A DNA stretch of 64,000 nucleotides from Basidiobolus meristosporus CBS 931.73 (GCA_002104905.1 MCFE01000064.1:1-64000); one strand, 5' to 3'; positions 22,593-36,973 are shown, counted from the stretch's first letter. Notes: generated by a model not told the origin, from the letters alone. Numbers and translations: made by a program.

Positions 22593-25500
22593 TGTTGTAA
22601 AAATTTGTATTTCCACCTAAATATTCACCTAACTTAGTCACTTAGATCATTACCTTCAAATCCTAGAGAATACTGACCAAATTCCTTGTTGGGATTTACT
22701 TAGAATATTTTCACCAAAATACCAGGTACCCAGAACATGAAAATTCTCAAAGTTGTCCAAACAGCCCCAAACTTTGCACACATGTTCTTGGGACCTTCCT
22801 TAGCCTATTCTACATGTTTGTTATGCCAAGACCAGGTAAAAGTATAAATACTACTTTTACATTCAATAAATCATTAAGTGAAAACCACATAATCTACTTG
22901 TCCTCCCAATCACTTCCAATATCTCCAAGACTCTTACAACAGGTTATGAGCCCCAAGCTGTCACTCTCTGCAATGTCTACTACTGCTATTACTGGAATTT
23001 TTCCCTCTGCTGAAAAGTTGGATGGATCTAACTACCAAGTGTGGAAAGTGAAGATGAAGATGCTGCTACAAGAAAGAGGCCTTTGGGATATTGTCATGGG
23101 AGAAGAATGCCCTCCTAAAAACGTGGGAGAGGAAGCCTTAAAGTACAAAAAGAAAGAACAAAGTGCCTTTAACTGCATTTGCCTTAATGTCAAGGACAAA
23201 TTGCTAATTCAATGCTCAAGAGCAAAAACGGCAAAGAATGCCTGGAAAGCATTGAAAGACACCTACCAGTCATGTTCAGCTGCCAAGAAGATGTATCTGA
23301 GACAAAAATTCTTTACTACAAAGATGCTGCCAGGAGAAGAAATGAAAAATCTAATTAACAGAATTACCCTGCTGGTAGATGAGATGGAATCTGTGGGCGT
23401 ACCAACTACTGATGAGGATGTGATAGCTACCATCCTGAATAGCCTGACAGACAAGTTTCAGGGCCTTGTATCAGCCCTAGAGTCCAGAACTGAAGATTTG
23501 ACCTTAAATTACGTATATGGAAGGCTCCTGGATGAAGAATTAAGAAAATCAAGCACCAATAAGAAGGAAGAAGAAAATGCTTTAATAAGCAATGATAACC
23601 AACAAAGGAGGTACCCAAGACCCTACCAAGGCAACAGCAACCTATTTTGCAACTACTGCAAAAGGAAAGGACACACATCAGACCGGTGTCTCAAAAAGAA
23701 AGATAATCAGCAAAAGAAGCCTGAATATTGAAATGCTGCAACAACTGAAGATAGACTATTCATATCTGCACTAAATATGACCACAAACAAGGATTCTCAG
23801 ACGTGGTATATTGACTCTGGAGCTTCTCAACACTTTACACACCAAAAAGTACTTTTTACCCAATATCAAGAAATTCCAATTAAGAAGGTTTTCATGGGTG
23901 ACAATAGTACACTTGATGCAGTGGGAGAAGGAACTATCCAAGTAAACCTTAGAAGCAGTGAAGGAAGCCATACACTGACCTTTAAAGAAGTACTCTATGT
24001 ACCAGAAATAGCCAAGAACCTACTCTCTGTAAGCAAGGCCACAGCAGAAGGACTCAGTTTCAGTTTTGACAATTCTGGATGCAGGATCACTGATCAAAAT
24101 GGTGCCCATATTGCTTTGGGCATGAGAGATCAGAATCTATACAAGTTGACTTATATTCCATCATATTTGGAAGCCAATATAAGTAACTTAAATGAAGAAA
24201 CACCAATGCTTTGGCACAGGAGATTTGGACACATCAATTTTGATTATTTGTGCACAATGATCAAAGATCAGCTAATTTCTGGAGTAAAAATTGATCCTCC
24301 AGCTAATTTGGAGCACTGTGAAGCCTGCATATATGGGAAACAAGCCAGACAACCGTTCAAGAGCTCTGGGTTAATCAAAACTAAGAAAAAATTAGATCTA
24401 ATTCACTCAGATCTGTGTGGACCTATGCAAAATTTATCCTTAGGTGGGATGAAGTATTTAATCACTTTTATTGATGATTATAAAAGATACACATGGGTCT
24501 ACTTCATGGAGAGAAAGGAAGAAGCTCTGTCTAAGTTCAGGGAGTTTAAAGCCATGGTGGAGAGAGAAACTGGTGAAAAAATCAAGAAAATACGCTCTGA
24601 CAATGGTGGAGAATATACCTCAAAACTCTTCATCCACTTCTGCAAAATTCATGGGATAAAGCAAGAGACTACTGTACCATACTCCCCACAGCAAAATGGA
24701 GTAGCAGAACAAGCTAACAGATCATAAATTGATATGGCAAGATCTATGATCCATGATCAAAAATTATCCTATGATTTTTGGGCCAAATCAGTTGCCACTG
24801 CTGTATACCTTAAAAATAGGAGTTATAACAGAATACTTTGTGATTCTACTCCATTTGAAGCATGGTATGGATACAGACCAAGTGCAGAACATCTAAGAAT
24901 ATTTAGGTGTACAGTATATGCCAAAAAACTGGCCGGAAATCAGTCAAAATTTGAGCCAAAAAGTGTAAAATGCATATTTTTGGGCTACTGCAATGAGAGT
25001 AAGGCATACAGACTCTACAATACCAAAGCAAAGAAGCTGATCAAGTCCAGGGATGTGTTGTTTGATGAAAATTCAAAATTTTCACAAAAAATGACATCAG
25101 ATGATGACAAAAATCTGATCTCAAGTCCACCAATTGTCAGGATTGAATCAGAGCAAAACAATGAAAATTTTTTCACTCCAGAGGACTCTACAACCGTGGT
25201 TCAGCCAGAATCAGTGCCCAGGAATATCCCAGAAGTGATCATTCCAGTATCAAATGCCCGGAGATCCAATTGGACAAGAAATAGCCCAAATTACTATATC
25301 AATGAGGGTACAAACTTAGCCTATGCCTATTCAGTCCATATTGATGAACCCCAGACTGTAAAAGAAGCCCTAAATAGCCCTCAGACAAAGTTTTGGAGAT
25401 CTGCAATGACTGAGGAATATCAGGCACTGATGGAAAATCAAACTTGGGACTTAGTCAAATTACCAATCAACCAAAAATCAATTGGATGCAGATGGGTCTT

Positions 25501-27277
25501 CAAGACAAAATACAAGGCTGATGGTACAATTGAAAGATACAAAGCAAGACTTGTAGCCAAAGGATACTCTCAAACAAAAGGACTTGACTATACTGAGACC
25601 TTTGCTTCGGTAGCCAAGTTTAATTCCATCAGATTAATTTTGGCTATTGCAGCAAAATATAAGTTTTTTATTCATCAAATGGATGTAAAAACTGCATTTT
25701 TGAATGGAGAACTTGATGAGGATGTGTATATGGACCAGCCTGATGGGTTTGTTGACCAAAATAACCCCCATTTTGTCTGCAAGCTTAAAAAGTCACTATA
25801 TGGTCTCAAACAATCACCAAGAGCATGGAATTGCAAGATAGATTCTTATTTGGAATCTTTGAGTTTCAAAAGAAGTAATGCTGACTATAGTATATACTAT
25901 AAGCCAGATAGAGCAAATTCAGTTCTATTAGCTCTATATGTGGATGATCTTATTATAGCCGCCAATAACCTAGAAACATTGGATGAGACTAAATCCAGCC
26001 TATCTAAGGAGTTCAAGATGTCCGATCTAGGAGAACTTAGTTACTACTTAGGGATTAAGTTCTCCATAGACAGAAGTACCCAGACTATTACCCTAAGCCA
26101 ATCCAAGTATATTCAAGATATACTAAAGAAGTACAAAATGGAAGACTGTAAGCCGGCAGCCACCCCAATGGAGACAAACCTTAACTTGGTCAAAACTCAA
26201 CCAAATCAAGAGAGCTTGGTGAAATCTGAAAGCCCTGACTTTCCTTATCAATCTATGGTCGGCAGTCTGATGTATATCATGCTTGGAACACGTCCAGATA
26301 TCTCATATTCAGTGGGAGTTGTCAGCCAACATAATCAGAATTATGGATCTGATCATATTGCAGCAGTTAAGCGGATTTTTAGATACCTAAAAGGAACTGC
26401 TGATATCTGCTTAAGATACACTTATAAGGATTCAGAACAGGATCTTGTGGGATACTCTGATGCTGATTGGGGATGAAGTTTGGAAGACAGAAGATCCACC
26501 ACAGGATACACCTTTCTTTACTATAAAGGAGCAATTTCATGGAATTCAAGAAAGCAACCAACCGTAGCACTTTCTACTACAGAGGCAGAGTATATGGCAG
26601 CCTGTGAAGCTACAAAAGAAGCAATGTGGTTAAGAAAGCTCTTTACAGATTTAGGCCTATGTCAAAAAACGCCTATTACTTTATTTCGAGATAATCAAGG
26701 ATGTATACAATTAGGTAGAAATCCAACTTTTCATGCTAGAACCAAGCACATAGATATTAGACATCATTTCACATGTGAAGCTATAGAGAATAACTTAGTT
26801 AGCTTAGTTTACTGTCCTACAGATGAAATGATTGCAGACATATTTACCAAACCATTAGCTAGAGACAAGTTTGAATATCTTAGGTCAAAATTAGGACTAG
26901 TCAGTATGAACATTTAGCTGAGTGGGAGTGTTGTAAAAATTTGAATTTCCACCTAAATACTCACCTAACTTAGTCACTTAGATCATTACCTTCAAATCCT
27001 AGAGAATACTGACCAAATTCCTTGTTGGGATTTACTTAGAATATTTTCACCAAAATACCAGGTACCCAGAACATGAAAATTCTCAAAGTTGTCCAAACAG
27101 CCCCAAACTTTGCACACATGTTCTTGGGACCTTCCTTGACCTATTCTACGTGCTTGTTATGCCAAGACCAGGTAAAAGTATAAATACTACTTTTACAATC
27201 AATAAATCATTAAGTGAAAACCACATAATCTACTTGTTCTCCCAATCACTTCCAATATCTCCAAGACTCTTACAACA
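22593..27277 (+). mobile_element. Full-length Ty1/copia LTR retrotransposon
   Basis: 349-bp LTRs at 22593-22941 and 26929-27277 (about 8 differences seen); TSD aataa; primer-binding site (PBS) GGTTATGAGCCC; purine tract gagtgggag; domain order gag-PR-IN-RT-RH. Confidence 0.97.
22973..26917 (+). pseudogene. Copia gag-pol interrupted by three in-frame stop codons
   Basis: One reading frame throughout, with stops at 23729-31 (TGA), 24725-27 (TAA) and 26474-76 (TGA). Motifs CNYCKRKGHTSDRC, WYIDSGAS, IHSDLCGP, RSDNGGEY, LYVDD and YSDADW are present. Confidence 0.92.
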
Positions 27278-29047
27278 AATAATTATTGAATGTGAAAGTT
27301 GTATTTATACTTATATATGATCTTAGCATTACAAACACATAGAATATGTCTAGGATGGTCCCAAAATCATGTGCACAAAGTTTGGGGCTGTTTGGACAAC
27401 TTTAGAATATTTTACCAAAACATCAGGTACCAGAACATGAAAATTCTCAAATAACTCCCAACAAGGAATTTGGTCAGTAATCTTTAAGATATGTAGGTAA
27501 TAATCCAAGTGACTAAGTTAGGTGAATATTCGGGTGAAAATACAAACTTTTACAACAATATCTTCCAGTACTTCAGTAATCTCTGTGAGGAATCACATAC
27601 TCAGAGCTCATATCATAATCTGCCAGTATTCTGCTGGAATTTAGCTGGTGCTTTTTGTTGCAATCTTGGGCTTCAACTAATAGTAGAAATAGTGAATAGC
27701 ATATTAGTAAATTTGATATGAACATATTATTATTTTTTTATCATTGTATTGTAAATTCAGCAGAACCTTAAGGTATATGAATGATTTGGATACAGACTGA
27801 TTACTGAGAATACTTAAAATGCCCACAAGTTTTGTACCCTATTATGGGAATCTTTCTCTTGCTTCTAGCAATATATTCCAACTACAATCAGCAGTTTAAT
27901 ATTCAGCTCTTAATATACACATTCATCAGATGCTTTTGATAGCTCCAACACAGTGGGTTAATATTAAGAGGAGGCTAACCAATGGCACAATCCAAGTCAT
28001 TCTGGTATGATGCTCAGCAAGTGGTATACTTATATAAATTCAAACGATTATTTCATCTTGTGTCTATTCTGGTCAACTGACAAATTACAAATTACATGCA
28101 AATCACATGAAAGTCAAAGATGTTGAAGAGTTTTAACAATTTGAGACAACTAGTACTCAAGGAGTATAGGGCAGCATATGCTTAGGTGATGTGACTAGTG
28201 CTCTAGGTTTTTTTTTTGTGAGGAACCAAGAGGAGTAAAGAGCAGTGGACTGTAGCAAATGGTTAGTGCTGCATTCAAATGCACTGTTCTATACATATTT
28301 GACATAGCCTGGTATCATATGAGGTTAGTAATTTCCCGATTCTTGAATATGATGAAGAGCCCCCTAATCCATACTCTGCATATATTCATCATGTCCGTTA
28401 ACAAACCAGGATTTATTTTAGCCAAGATATATCAGATGTAGTATCACATCACTTTACTTTTAACATGTGATGAGCATCCACTCTTCTAAATTGTGACGCA
28501 TTAGGGAATCAGAATGAGACAGAAATCTGGCGACAATTTCATCACCCATCTTTCGCCCACTACTCAGAAGTGATTTCCTTGACAAGAACCCATGTTTCCA
28601 AGGTTGTATTTCGAATATTGGACACTCATCATCTGGCTGAGGTTCATGGGTAAGCGCGAAATGATTGATATCTCAGCAAACTTGTTACATCATCGATGGT
28701 CACACGTAATCCGAACCAAACGATCCCCCCCCAATTTGCATCGGTTCGATACCCTAATTCCCAGGTGGCCGATAAAATTTTCACCATCAGCAAAGGATGG
28801 AGATGGATTCGCCAAATTCCACGCTCATCCAAGTGAGCCTCCCCATCAATGCCATCTTAAGATCAGTGTGTCAGATGGGATATTTTATTGGGATGAGTAG
28901 ATTGGGTGAAGTGTGGGTTCTGTTATGTGTGGAATAAGCTGATAACATCGAGAAAGCGACGAGTTGTTTCATTGGTGCTACACTACTAACTAGAACAGGG
29001 ATGCAACAATGCTGACGTGGAGTTCTCATGAAAATAGGGTGTTTCAT

Positions 29048-29775
29048 TTACATACAGGCCAGACCCAATGCGGCCGCGGCTGACGAACCGATGGCCAAGT
29101 AGCCAGAGTTGATCACTCCCTGGTTGGTAAGGCAGCGTCCAGCATCCCAGACCTAAGAAGAAGCAGGGGGGATTAGCGGGGGGATCCGGATGAACAAGGG
29201 GCTTGACAATCTCGTGCTTACCAAGTGTCTGATGCCATTGAAACTATGATACATGAAAGGCCAGGCCAAAATGAACTTTCCGGCGACCTTGACACCGACG
29301 GGCAGGGCACCGACGGTGGAAACCAAAGCGGCGGTGTTGAAGTCTCCGACGGCGTAGGTCATCACACCAGCGTAAAAGACTAGATATTATTCGGTTCCGA
29401 GGTGAGTACTAGATAGGGGCAGCCGTTTCCCAAGCAGTTGCAACTTACGTGTGGCAAACCCGGCCCCAGTGATACGATGAATGATGGAGCCGTACCAGGT
29501 GATCTGGGGCTGGTAGATGGTGAAGTGTGGGGAAATGGGACGGTGCTTCTTGACGAATTCAGAGTCCAAGGGCTTGTCCTGGTTCACTGGCTTACCGGTA
29601 GAGAAAGCTCTGTCAACCGAAGCGGCATTAGGTGGCTGTTCTGGATGGTCAATACCACGTAAGGGAGGAAATACCTGAGCTGAACTGGAGCGGCGGCATT
29701 GTTCTTGCCGATCATCTGGAAAACCCTGGCGGTAGGGGTGACAAGTCTGGTCTGAAGGAGTCTGGTGGAATTCAT
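29048..29775 (-). CDS. SDH3: Succinate dehydrogenase cytochrome b560 subunit (4 exons: 29775-29675, 29609-29449, 29379-29222, 29152-29048)
   Basis: [26 protein letters not shown] and [15 protein letters not shown] motifs; GT-AG introns restore the frame; mitochondrial presequence-like N-terminus. Confidence 0.92.
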
Positions 29776-30691
29776 GGTGGCTGTCGTGCTAGAGAATAGG
29801 GTAACAGAAACAAGTCAAGAAATTAACAAAAGAGCGTTCAGCAGCGTAACTGCCACTTAAGAGAAGTTAAATTGTGTGGGGGAGAGGGGTGAATGTGGAT
29901 CGGAGGTTGAAGGGAATAAAACGTGTGAACCTGGCCCAATTTGGCAGGTGATGGTGGTAATCTACTTAAATATATTACGATGTTTCTCCCCTGTCAAATT
30001 CTCGCCCCACTCATGACAACCATCCGGAGCTCCTGTCAAAAGTTCTTTCGCTCCCCCCCCCCAAACGCCGTCACATGTCACCCCGCTCGCCTCCCGATGC
30101 AAACAAAATTTTGAGTTTGCGATGACTCTATTACGGTTCCCACCCTAGCTACTGGATTGCCGAGGAGACCCCCATTGGTCCATCGGCTTGCCGACATGAC
30201 ACAAAGGGAATTTGTGAGGTGGGCATTGGTGGAAATCCCGAGTTATTCTCAGCAGTGGCAAGATGGGGGTTGCGAGTCTAGAGAGTCTATGTGAATCCGA
30301 CCACCACCATCACCACGACGAGGACGAGGACGACGACGAAGGGTGGGTAGGGTGGTGTTTTCAGTGCAATTCTATGCCTATAATACATCGATTTTATCTA
30401 GCTCTCGCGAGATACATGTGACACCAGCATTGAGTCGATGTGAAGAAAAAGTATCCAGGGCAGGCTTGTTGATTGTTTCTAAATGTGATTTAGCCAGGCG
30501 AGGTGTACAAGTAGATTATATATAGGGGGATGCACGAGAGGACATTGCATTGGGAGGGTGCAGGGAGGATTAGCATGGAAAGGACAATACACAATAAATA
30601 TTGACTTATTTAACATAGCGTGGGGTGATGGGTGGTGGAAAAGCAAGGGACGAGACGTGATGATGCTTATAGGGATGTGTATCAATACGGC

Positions 30692-33600
30692 CTACTCTTG
30701 GGCTTTGTGGCGGGCGTGACGTCGAAGAAAATCGATGCTGGTCTGGTAGCTTGTGCCTAGCAAGCCCGCTGATTTGGGCCCGAGATCTGGGTTCACCTTG
30801 TTGTTACGGATGGTTATAGGCTTCACGGCCGACCCGCGAAAATAGGTCTGCTCGTCAATCGTGCTTAGCTGATTTTTGTCGATCATCCTGGAAATAAGGT
30901 CAGCCACCATTCACTGGGATCCGCCATTGAAAACAATAAGAATACTGACGATTTCCTCCTCTGTCTTGTTTTGATCAGGCTCTCGGGGGAATTCCGTGCT
31001 AACCGGGGCTAGTGGGAGTGAAGGGCTTAGAAGACAGCTCGATAAAGAAGGTCTTGGGATCTCCCCTTACCTCTGGGCTAGTCCCTCGGATCCAGTAATG
31101 GCGTAGAGCCTCCTCCGGGGTCATCCGCTTCTGCGGATCCCACTCAAGGCATCGAGAAACAAAATCAAGAAACCCGTCATCATTGCACCTTAGCGTTTGC
31201 GAAAGGGGTCTATGCCCAGGGCGTCGTCTCTTTCCCTTAGAATTGACGACTGGTCTGGGGGCATTGTTCGAATCTAGACGAAACGTGTGAGCAAAATGCT
31301 GTAGGTAGCACTGCAAATGTGACTAAGTTTACCAAAGAATGCAATCTTTCTGGCACTTTTCTCTATCAGGTGTGCAGGAGGAATTCCGAGTGCTTCCATA
31401 ATACAACTAAGCTGTTCTTTCTCGCTCTCTCCTGGAAACAGGGGGTGTGCAGTGTACAACTCGGCTAGTATACACCCAAGACTCCACATATCAATGGCCA
31501 TGGAGTAAGGAATTCCCAGTATCACCTCAGGAGCACGATAAAATCGACTCTGTATATATGTGTAGACTAAGCGCGATTAGTTGATGCACGCAAGACTATG
31601 TTATGAAGAGAACCTACTTCTTTCGCTTTCAAAACAGCTGCTCCCTACATCAATTACCTTCACCTGACTTGACTTGGTCGATTTCAACAAGATATTCTGT
31701 AGAAAATTTAGTGTCAAGACGCACACTGTCTGTGCCACTCGGATTCACTTACCTCTGGCTTTAGATCGCAGTGCACTACATGATGCTTCTTGAAAAGACA
31801 CAGCGCTTGCAGAATCTGGACCGTGACCCGCCGGATAAAGTTGATGCTACATCCTTGGAACGAGTTCGCTTTGATATGGTCGTACAGGTTGAGGCTGAGC
31901 AGTTCAAAAGAAATACACAGATGGTTTCGGAAATAGAAGCTGTCATACATATGGATCAGGTTGTGGGTATCATCAGGATCCTACAGAAATCAAAGGGGTC
32001 AGCAACCGCTCTTCTAAAGCACCTCGGACACACCTACCCATCGAACAATACATTCCAATATCTTGACTTCTACAAGCGCTTGTGTGTGAAACTGCTTCTT
32101 GTTCCGGATGATCTTGATGGCCATGAATTTCCCAGTTTTGTGATCCCTGACCCGCACCACCTTACCGAATGAGCCCTTTCCCAGCACCTCCAAGATCTCA
32201 TATCGATATGCCAGGTGGTCATGTAGGGTGACATGGTAGTCGCCTTTGTTGTCGTCGTATCCTGTACATCGTCAGGGAGAGAATGGTAAATCCAAGGAAC
32301 CCGAAATAATCCCCAGAGAGCCATACCGAAATTAGCGGTTCCTTCTCCCTTGACCAACTTTTTGCGAATATGTTGTCCGAAGAAATATACTTCGGGGTAA
32401 TCCAGCACTTCCCCACGTTCAAACAGGCTGAGCTTGTGGCCGTATGTTTTGAGGATTGCTAATGATCCGAAAGTAAGGTCAGTTGCCTGGTATGCCTCAA
32501 GTACGATTCCAAAAGGATGCTTACTGTAAGGGTCTAATATTTTGCTCTCAAAACTGGGCGTATTGTTACGAGACTCATCGCGGTCCGATTCAAAGGGCGT
32601 GTTGTCACGGGAAGGAGTCCCTTGTCTACTCAAGGTGGCTGATGAGGCACTAGATAAAATAGAGCTCCTGCCACTACGATCGCCTTCGCATACAGTGTGC
32701 TTGTCGTTGATCCTAACTGATTTGGTACTGTTTTCATCTATACCAGCAAGAGAACAAGATAATCGACTGTGATTGCTAATCAGAGAGAGTCTCGAGGAGC
32801 TCAATTTAGCAGCCAGCGAGGAAGAGGACAATATTCCGGCCCTCGTCTCTCCGGGAGAGCCGTATGGTTTGGTGGAATCAGATGGCTCGTCCAGTTCATT
32901 CGCTTTAGCCTTATCGAGGGAGATTCTACGGGTATCAGTTTTCTTCAAGGAATTGATAGACAGCGAAGATCCTCGTTTGGTTATAAACATCTCTTTGTCG
33001 CTTGCATCGGATGACGAAAGGCTACTCAGAGAGTCCAATAGACTGGTATCGTCGAGGAGCTTTTCAGAATTCTCTTCTTTGATAGGCGTCGGTGAGGGAA
33101 CTCGAGCGGGTGGAGGTAGACTGACCCGATGGGATTGAACTCTAGTCAATGCAATAGGGTTTGCTTGATTATTCGCTGGTCCATCCTGAGATGTGGTGGT
33201 ATGTTCACTAATAGCGGTAACGGTAGTATGAGTATTTGCTGCGGTTGTACCACTCTAAATACGGGGCATTTGGGTAAGCAATATGATGATACTCAATCCA
33301 ATCTGCAGAAATATACCTTTCGACGATCAGCTGTTTTGAGCTCAAAAGATTTCGTGGGTCGAGTGAGTCGCGAAGATAGTGGAATGGTAAAGTTACTCTT
33401 GGCTGAGGTGGGTTTAGTCTGAGACGGAGGTTTTGTTGTTGACGCGGGTAAAATCGATGAAAATCGTTTAGTCTTTGAGATTTTAGCTTCCGCTTCTCCC
33501 GGGCTGTCCTCGACAAACATTGTATTGGCTCTTGCTCGAGACTTCTCTTTGGGAGTGACAATCGGTATTGGCTTACTGCCGGTCTGCTCTCTAGACTCAA

Positions 33601-34256
33601 CTCCACGGATGTTTGATCCCGACTTGGTTGTCGCCTGTGAACGAAGTTTCCCAAAAAAGGAGGCTCCGCCAAACGTCCGACTTTTGGTTTCTTTGCTATG
33701 GAGTTCGGCTGGACTCTGGTTACAATAGATAAGCATTAGATATCTGTGCGAGTATCTGAACCAAGGAAAGCGAAGCTTAAAATATGCTACGTTCACTCAC
33801 TGAAAAGGATGTCTCATGGCTTTTATCTAATGGAACCTTATGAACGGAATGTCTCTTTGGTACTTTTCGGACGCTCGTCGGTTCTAAAATACCCATGTAA
33901 CACAATAGGTCAGGGGGTTCGAATAGATGGGTTTTAGAAGACGAGCCTTGAGAAGTACATGGAGAACGAAACAAACAACTACCTAGATTTGTAGTACCGG
34001 AGATTGAGGCTCGTTGATTGGTACGGGGAGAGTCTTTAGGTATGAAGTTTCCCGATAGTCAATCGGAATAGAGATTAATGGATATTGTTGCCACTACACG
34101 ATTCAGCAAAACGTAGTAAATACCAGGATAACTGGATAGCTCATTCTTTTTTGGAACGGTGGATAATAGCGAGGAGGTTTTCTCAGTATAGGATGTGGCT
34201 TTTCTATGAAATCTGGGAGAAGGCTGAGGTGCTTGGGGCAGTACAATATTAGGCAT
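30692..34256 (-). CDS. DYRK2/Pom1-class dual-specificity protein kinase, multi-exon; start codon approximate
   Basis: DH box [40 protein letters not shown] and [14 protein letters not shown] spread over several exons; long S/T-rich N-terminus. Confidence 0.88.
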
Positions 34257-35105
34257 GTTGTTTGGACAGAAAATAAGACTAGTCGTTGAGAATTCCCGCT
34301 CTCTTTCTCGATAGAAGCAAATGCGATGCGAAGTGTTGTGGTAGAGTCAAATACACCTATGTTCTGGCGACCAGCAAAGTGTTCGAGCACTGTTAAAGAA
34401 AGGAAAACCCGGCTTCGAATATGAAAGATCTCGGTCAGAGAATACAAGTTACTTTATGCTGAGGAGACGAGGGGGAACGAGCATATATCAAGATACTTGA
34501 ATTGCAGTATCAACCAAAGTAAAGGAATGTAGCAACAAGGCTGCTGATAAGGTCAAGGTTGCTTGAGCCTTGTTATGCAAGGGTTTTAGAAAAGAATATT
34601 ATGTCACAGGAAGGGTTAAATATTAGGTAACCAAATAACAAATAGTAAAAGAGCAAGTAAATAAGAGAACCACGAGTAAATGATAGGTACTGCAGAAGGA
34701 GGTTATATTACAAGGGCTTATGTTCTGCCCCGTGTTACTTGCAGATATCCACAACAAGTAGGTGAATTCTGGATCAATGCAAAAATCAAACGATCATTAA
34801 AAGTGAATCATTTTAAGTACAAAGCCAATCCCAATGGTTACCAGCTTCGGCAGTAATTCATGGGACTGCTTTACAGAGGGTAGATTTCATTGTTTACCAA
34901 CAAATGACTGATCAAGCAAAGTACACACCATGGAAGAATAGCAATGCTGCAACGAATGCATGACGCAGGTTCGATCTTTTCAAAAATAGGTTTATTAAGC
35001 TTCGTCGTCTTGTTCCAAAAGGACAGCGGCTCTATACACAGTACTTCAATGATTATTCAATATACAACGACATGGGGATGTGGGCTTGCGTATTCAAAAC
35101 CGAGT

Positions 35106-36313
35106 CTACATGATGATTCGGGGCTCAGTAATATCCTCGCCGATGCTTTTGTGCGGTAGCACAAGGCCACCGTTGACAAATACTTCGTCTTTGACCGTGA
35201 CATCCTCGCCAAGAACAGACACTCCTTCTAAACGAGCCCATCTGCCAATGACTGAACGCCAGCCTACAATGGTGCTTCGGATCCAAGCGTGATCCTTAAT
35301 TCGTGAATTGCCTAGAATTACGCAGCGTTGGAGTCGAACACCGTCGCCAATGACCACGTTGGGCCCGATAACCACATTTGGACCTATCTGACAGCCGTTG
35401 CCAATTTTGGCCGAAGGGTCGACCATCACATTGCCTTTGTGGCAATACACCTCAGAGGTTGGGACCAGCATCTCGGGATTTCGTTTCTGAAGAGAATTCA
35501 AATATAGACACGTTCCAGTCAGAAAATCTTTCGGCTGGCCTACATCCATCCAGAATCCCTCCAGATTGAACGAGTGGAGCTGCTTGTCGCTGGACATCCT
35601 AGGGAACACCTCTTTCTCGATGGATGTGGGGCGAAGTTCGATCCGGTCCAGGATACTTGGGTTGAACATGTATATGCCCGCATTGATCTTGTTGGAAACA
35701 AACTCCTGGGGCTTTTCGACGAACCGGTCGATGCAGGTGGAGTTGGAATGGTTAACGACCACTCCATACTTCGAGGGCTCCTCTACCTTAGTGACAACAA
35801 TCGTACCCTCGGCACCATGTGAATGGTGGAACTTCTTCAACTCCTCGAAGGGGAACTCACAGACCACATCGCTGTTGAGGACGAAGAAGGGGGAATCGTC
35901 TTGTGCCAGGATCTCCCGAGCCAAGGCCAATGGGCCAGCAGTGCCTAGTGGCTCGGTTTCCACCGAAAAGGTGATGGTCACTCCGAACTCTTTCTCGTAT
36001 TTCTCCAAGACTGAAATCATGATCTCCGGGCGATAGTTCACAGCAAGCACAATGTCGGTGACACCAGCCTAAACTGCAACGTTAGTATCTTGGGCTTACG
36101 GGGATCAAACGCGCCATTAGTCTCACCTTGGCCAGCGCTTCGATTTGATGGAAAATCATGGGCCGGTTAGCGAACTCTACGAGAGGCTTGGGGACAGAAA
36201 GCGTCAATGGACGAAGTCTGGTTCCGAAACCTTAGACGGAACTTAGCATGAGAAGTCGGAGTTTGATCACATCAACGAAGATAATTACCTCCAACAAGGA
36301 TTAAAGCTTTCAT
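35106..36313 (-). CDS. PSA1: Mannose-1-phosphate guanylyltransferase (GDP-mannose pyrophosphorylase)
   Basis: MKALILVGG|[46 protein letters not shown] and C-terminal hexapeptide repeats; two 5' introns. Confidence 0.96.
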
Positions 36314-36905
36314 ACTGGACGGAGAATGTGTGATATAGTCAAGTGCAATCCAAATCAAAGAACCGACGGCTCGTTGGGCTGCTTATATACAAGCACCGGA
36401 AATTTGATATCGAAGATGACATGGCATCCCAGCATCCTATTATAAGCAATATAAAATATGAATCGGGAATGCACATATGTTTGCTTAGAATTTCCTACCC
36501 AACTGGGCCATATCAGTAAAATAACACAAGCCACGGCCTGGTCCCGAATGAGTTATATTTAGCCACAACCTATTGTTATTCTAAATCATGAGACGAGCTT
36601 GGCCAAAAATACGATCCAAATTTGCATAATTTTATTGCCTATTCGCATGATTTTATTACCTCGGTAGACGTGCCGTCATCATACATTGCGCCATTCATTG
36701 GATCCGTATCATTTCCATCAGGTAAGCTTAAGCTATACTTGACCCATCCGGTCTGCCGCCATCGCAAGCCCATCATAAGATGGATGCTAGTGCCGTTGCC
36801 AAATTAGTGCCATCAATAAATGAGTGAGACGCAAGTATGATGCTATTCTTGGATTGCTCTAGTTTACATCCCCTCCTCCTCACCGATGCCATTACACCAT
36901 TCGAA

Positions 36906-36973
36906 GCCCGAGTGTTTCTTCATAATATATTGGTACATCGCCCGAGTATTTCTTCATGATATATTGGTACATC
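36906..36973. repeat. 34-bp tandem duplication in the divergent PSA1/G-alpha intergenic region
   Basis: gcccgagt[g/a]tttcttcat[a/g]atatattggtacatc twice. Confidence 0.9.

Larger units (their letters stand above)
22522..27557 (-). mobile_element. Older antisense copia-family LTR split by the full copia insertion (22522-22592 plus 27283-27557)
   Basis: The two halves rejoin across TSD aataa to a ~346-bp sequence matching 21291-21597 and ending tttacaaca. Confidence 0.8.

Noticed and set aside
30196-30525. Possible small spliced gene with an HHHHHDEDEDDDE tract between SDH3 and the kinase
   Set aside because: Requires a 37-nt intron and ambiguous donors; the tract may simply be a trinucleotide-like low-complexity run
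32542-36036. Long plus-strand ORFs such as 32773-33138 and 35566-36036
   Set aside because: Antisense shadows of the kinase and PSA1 coding exons
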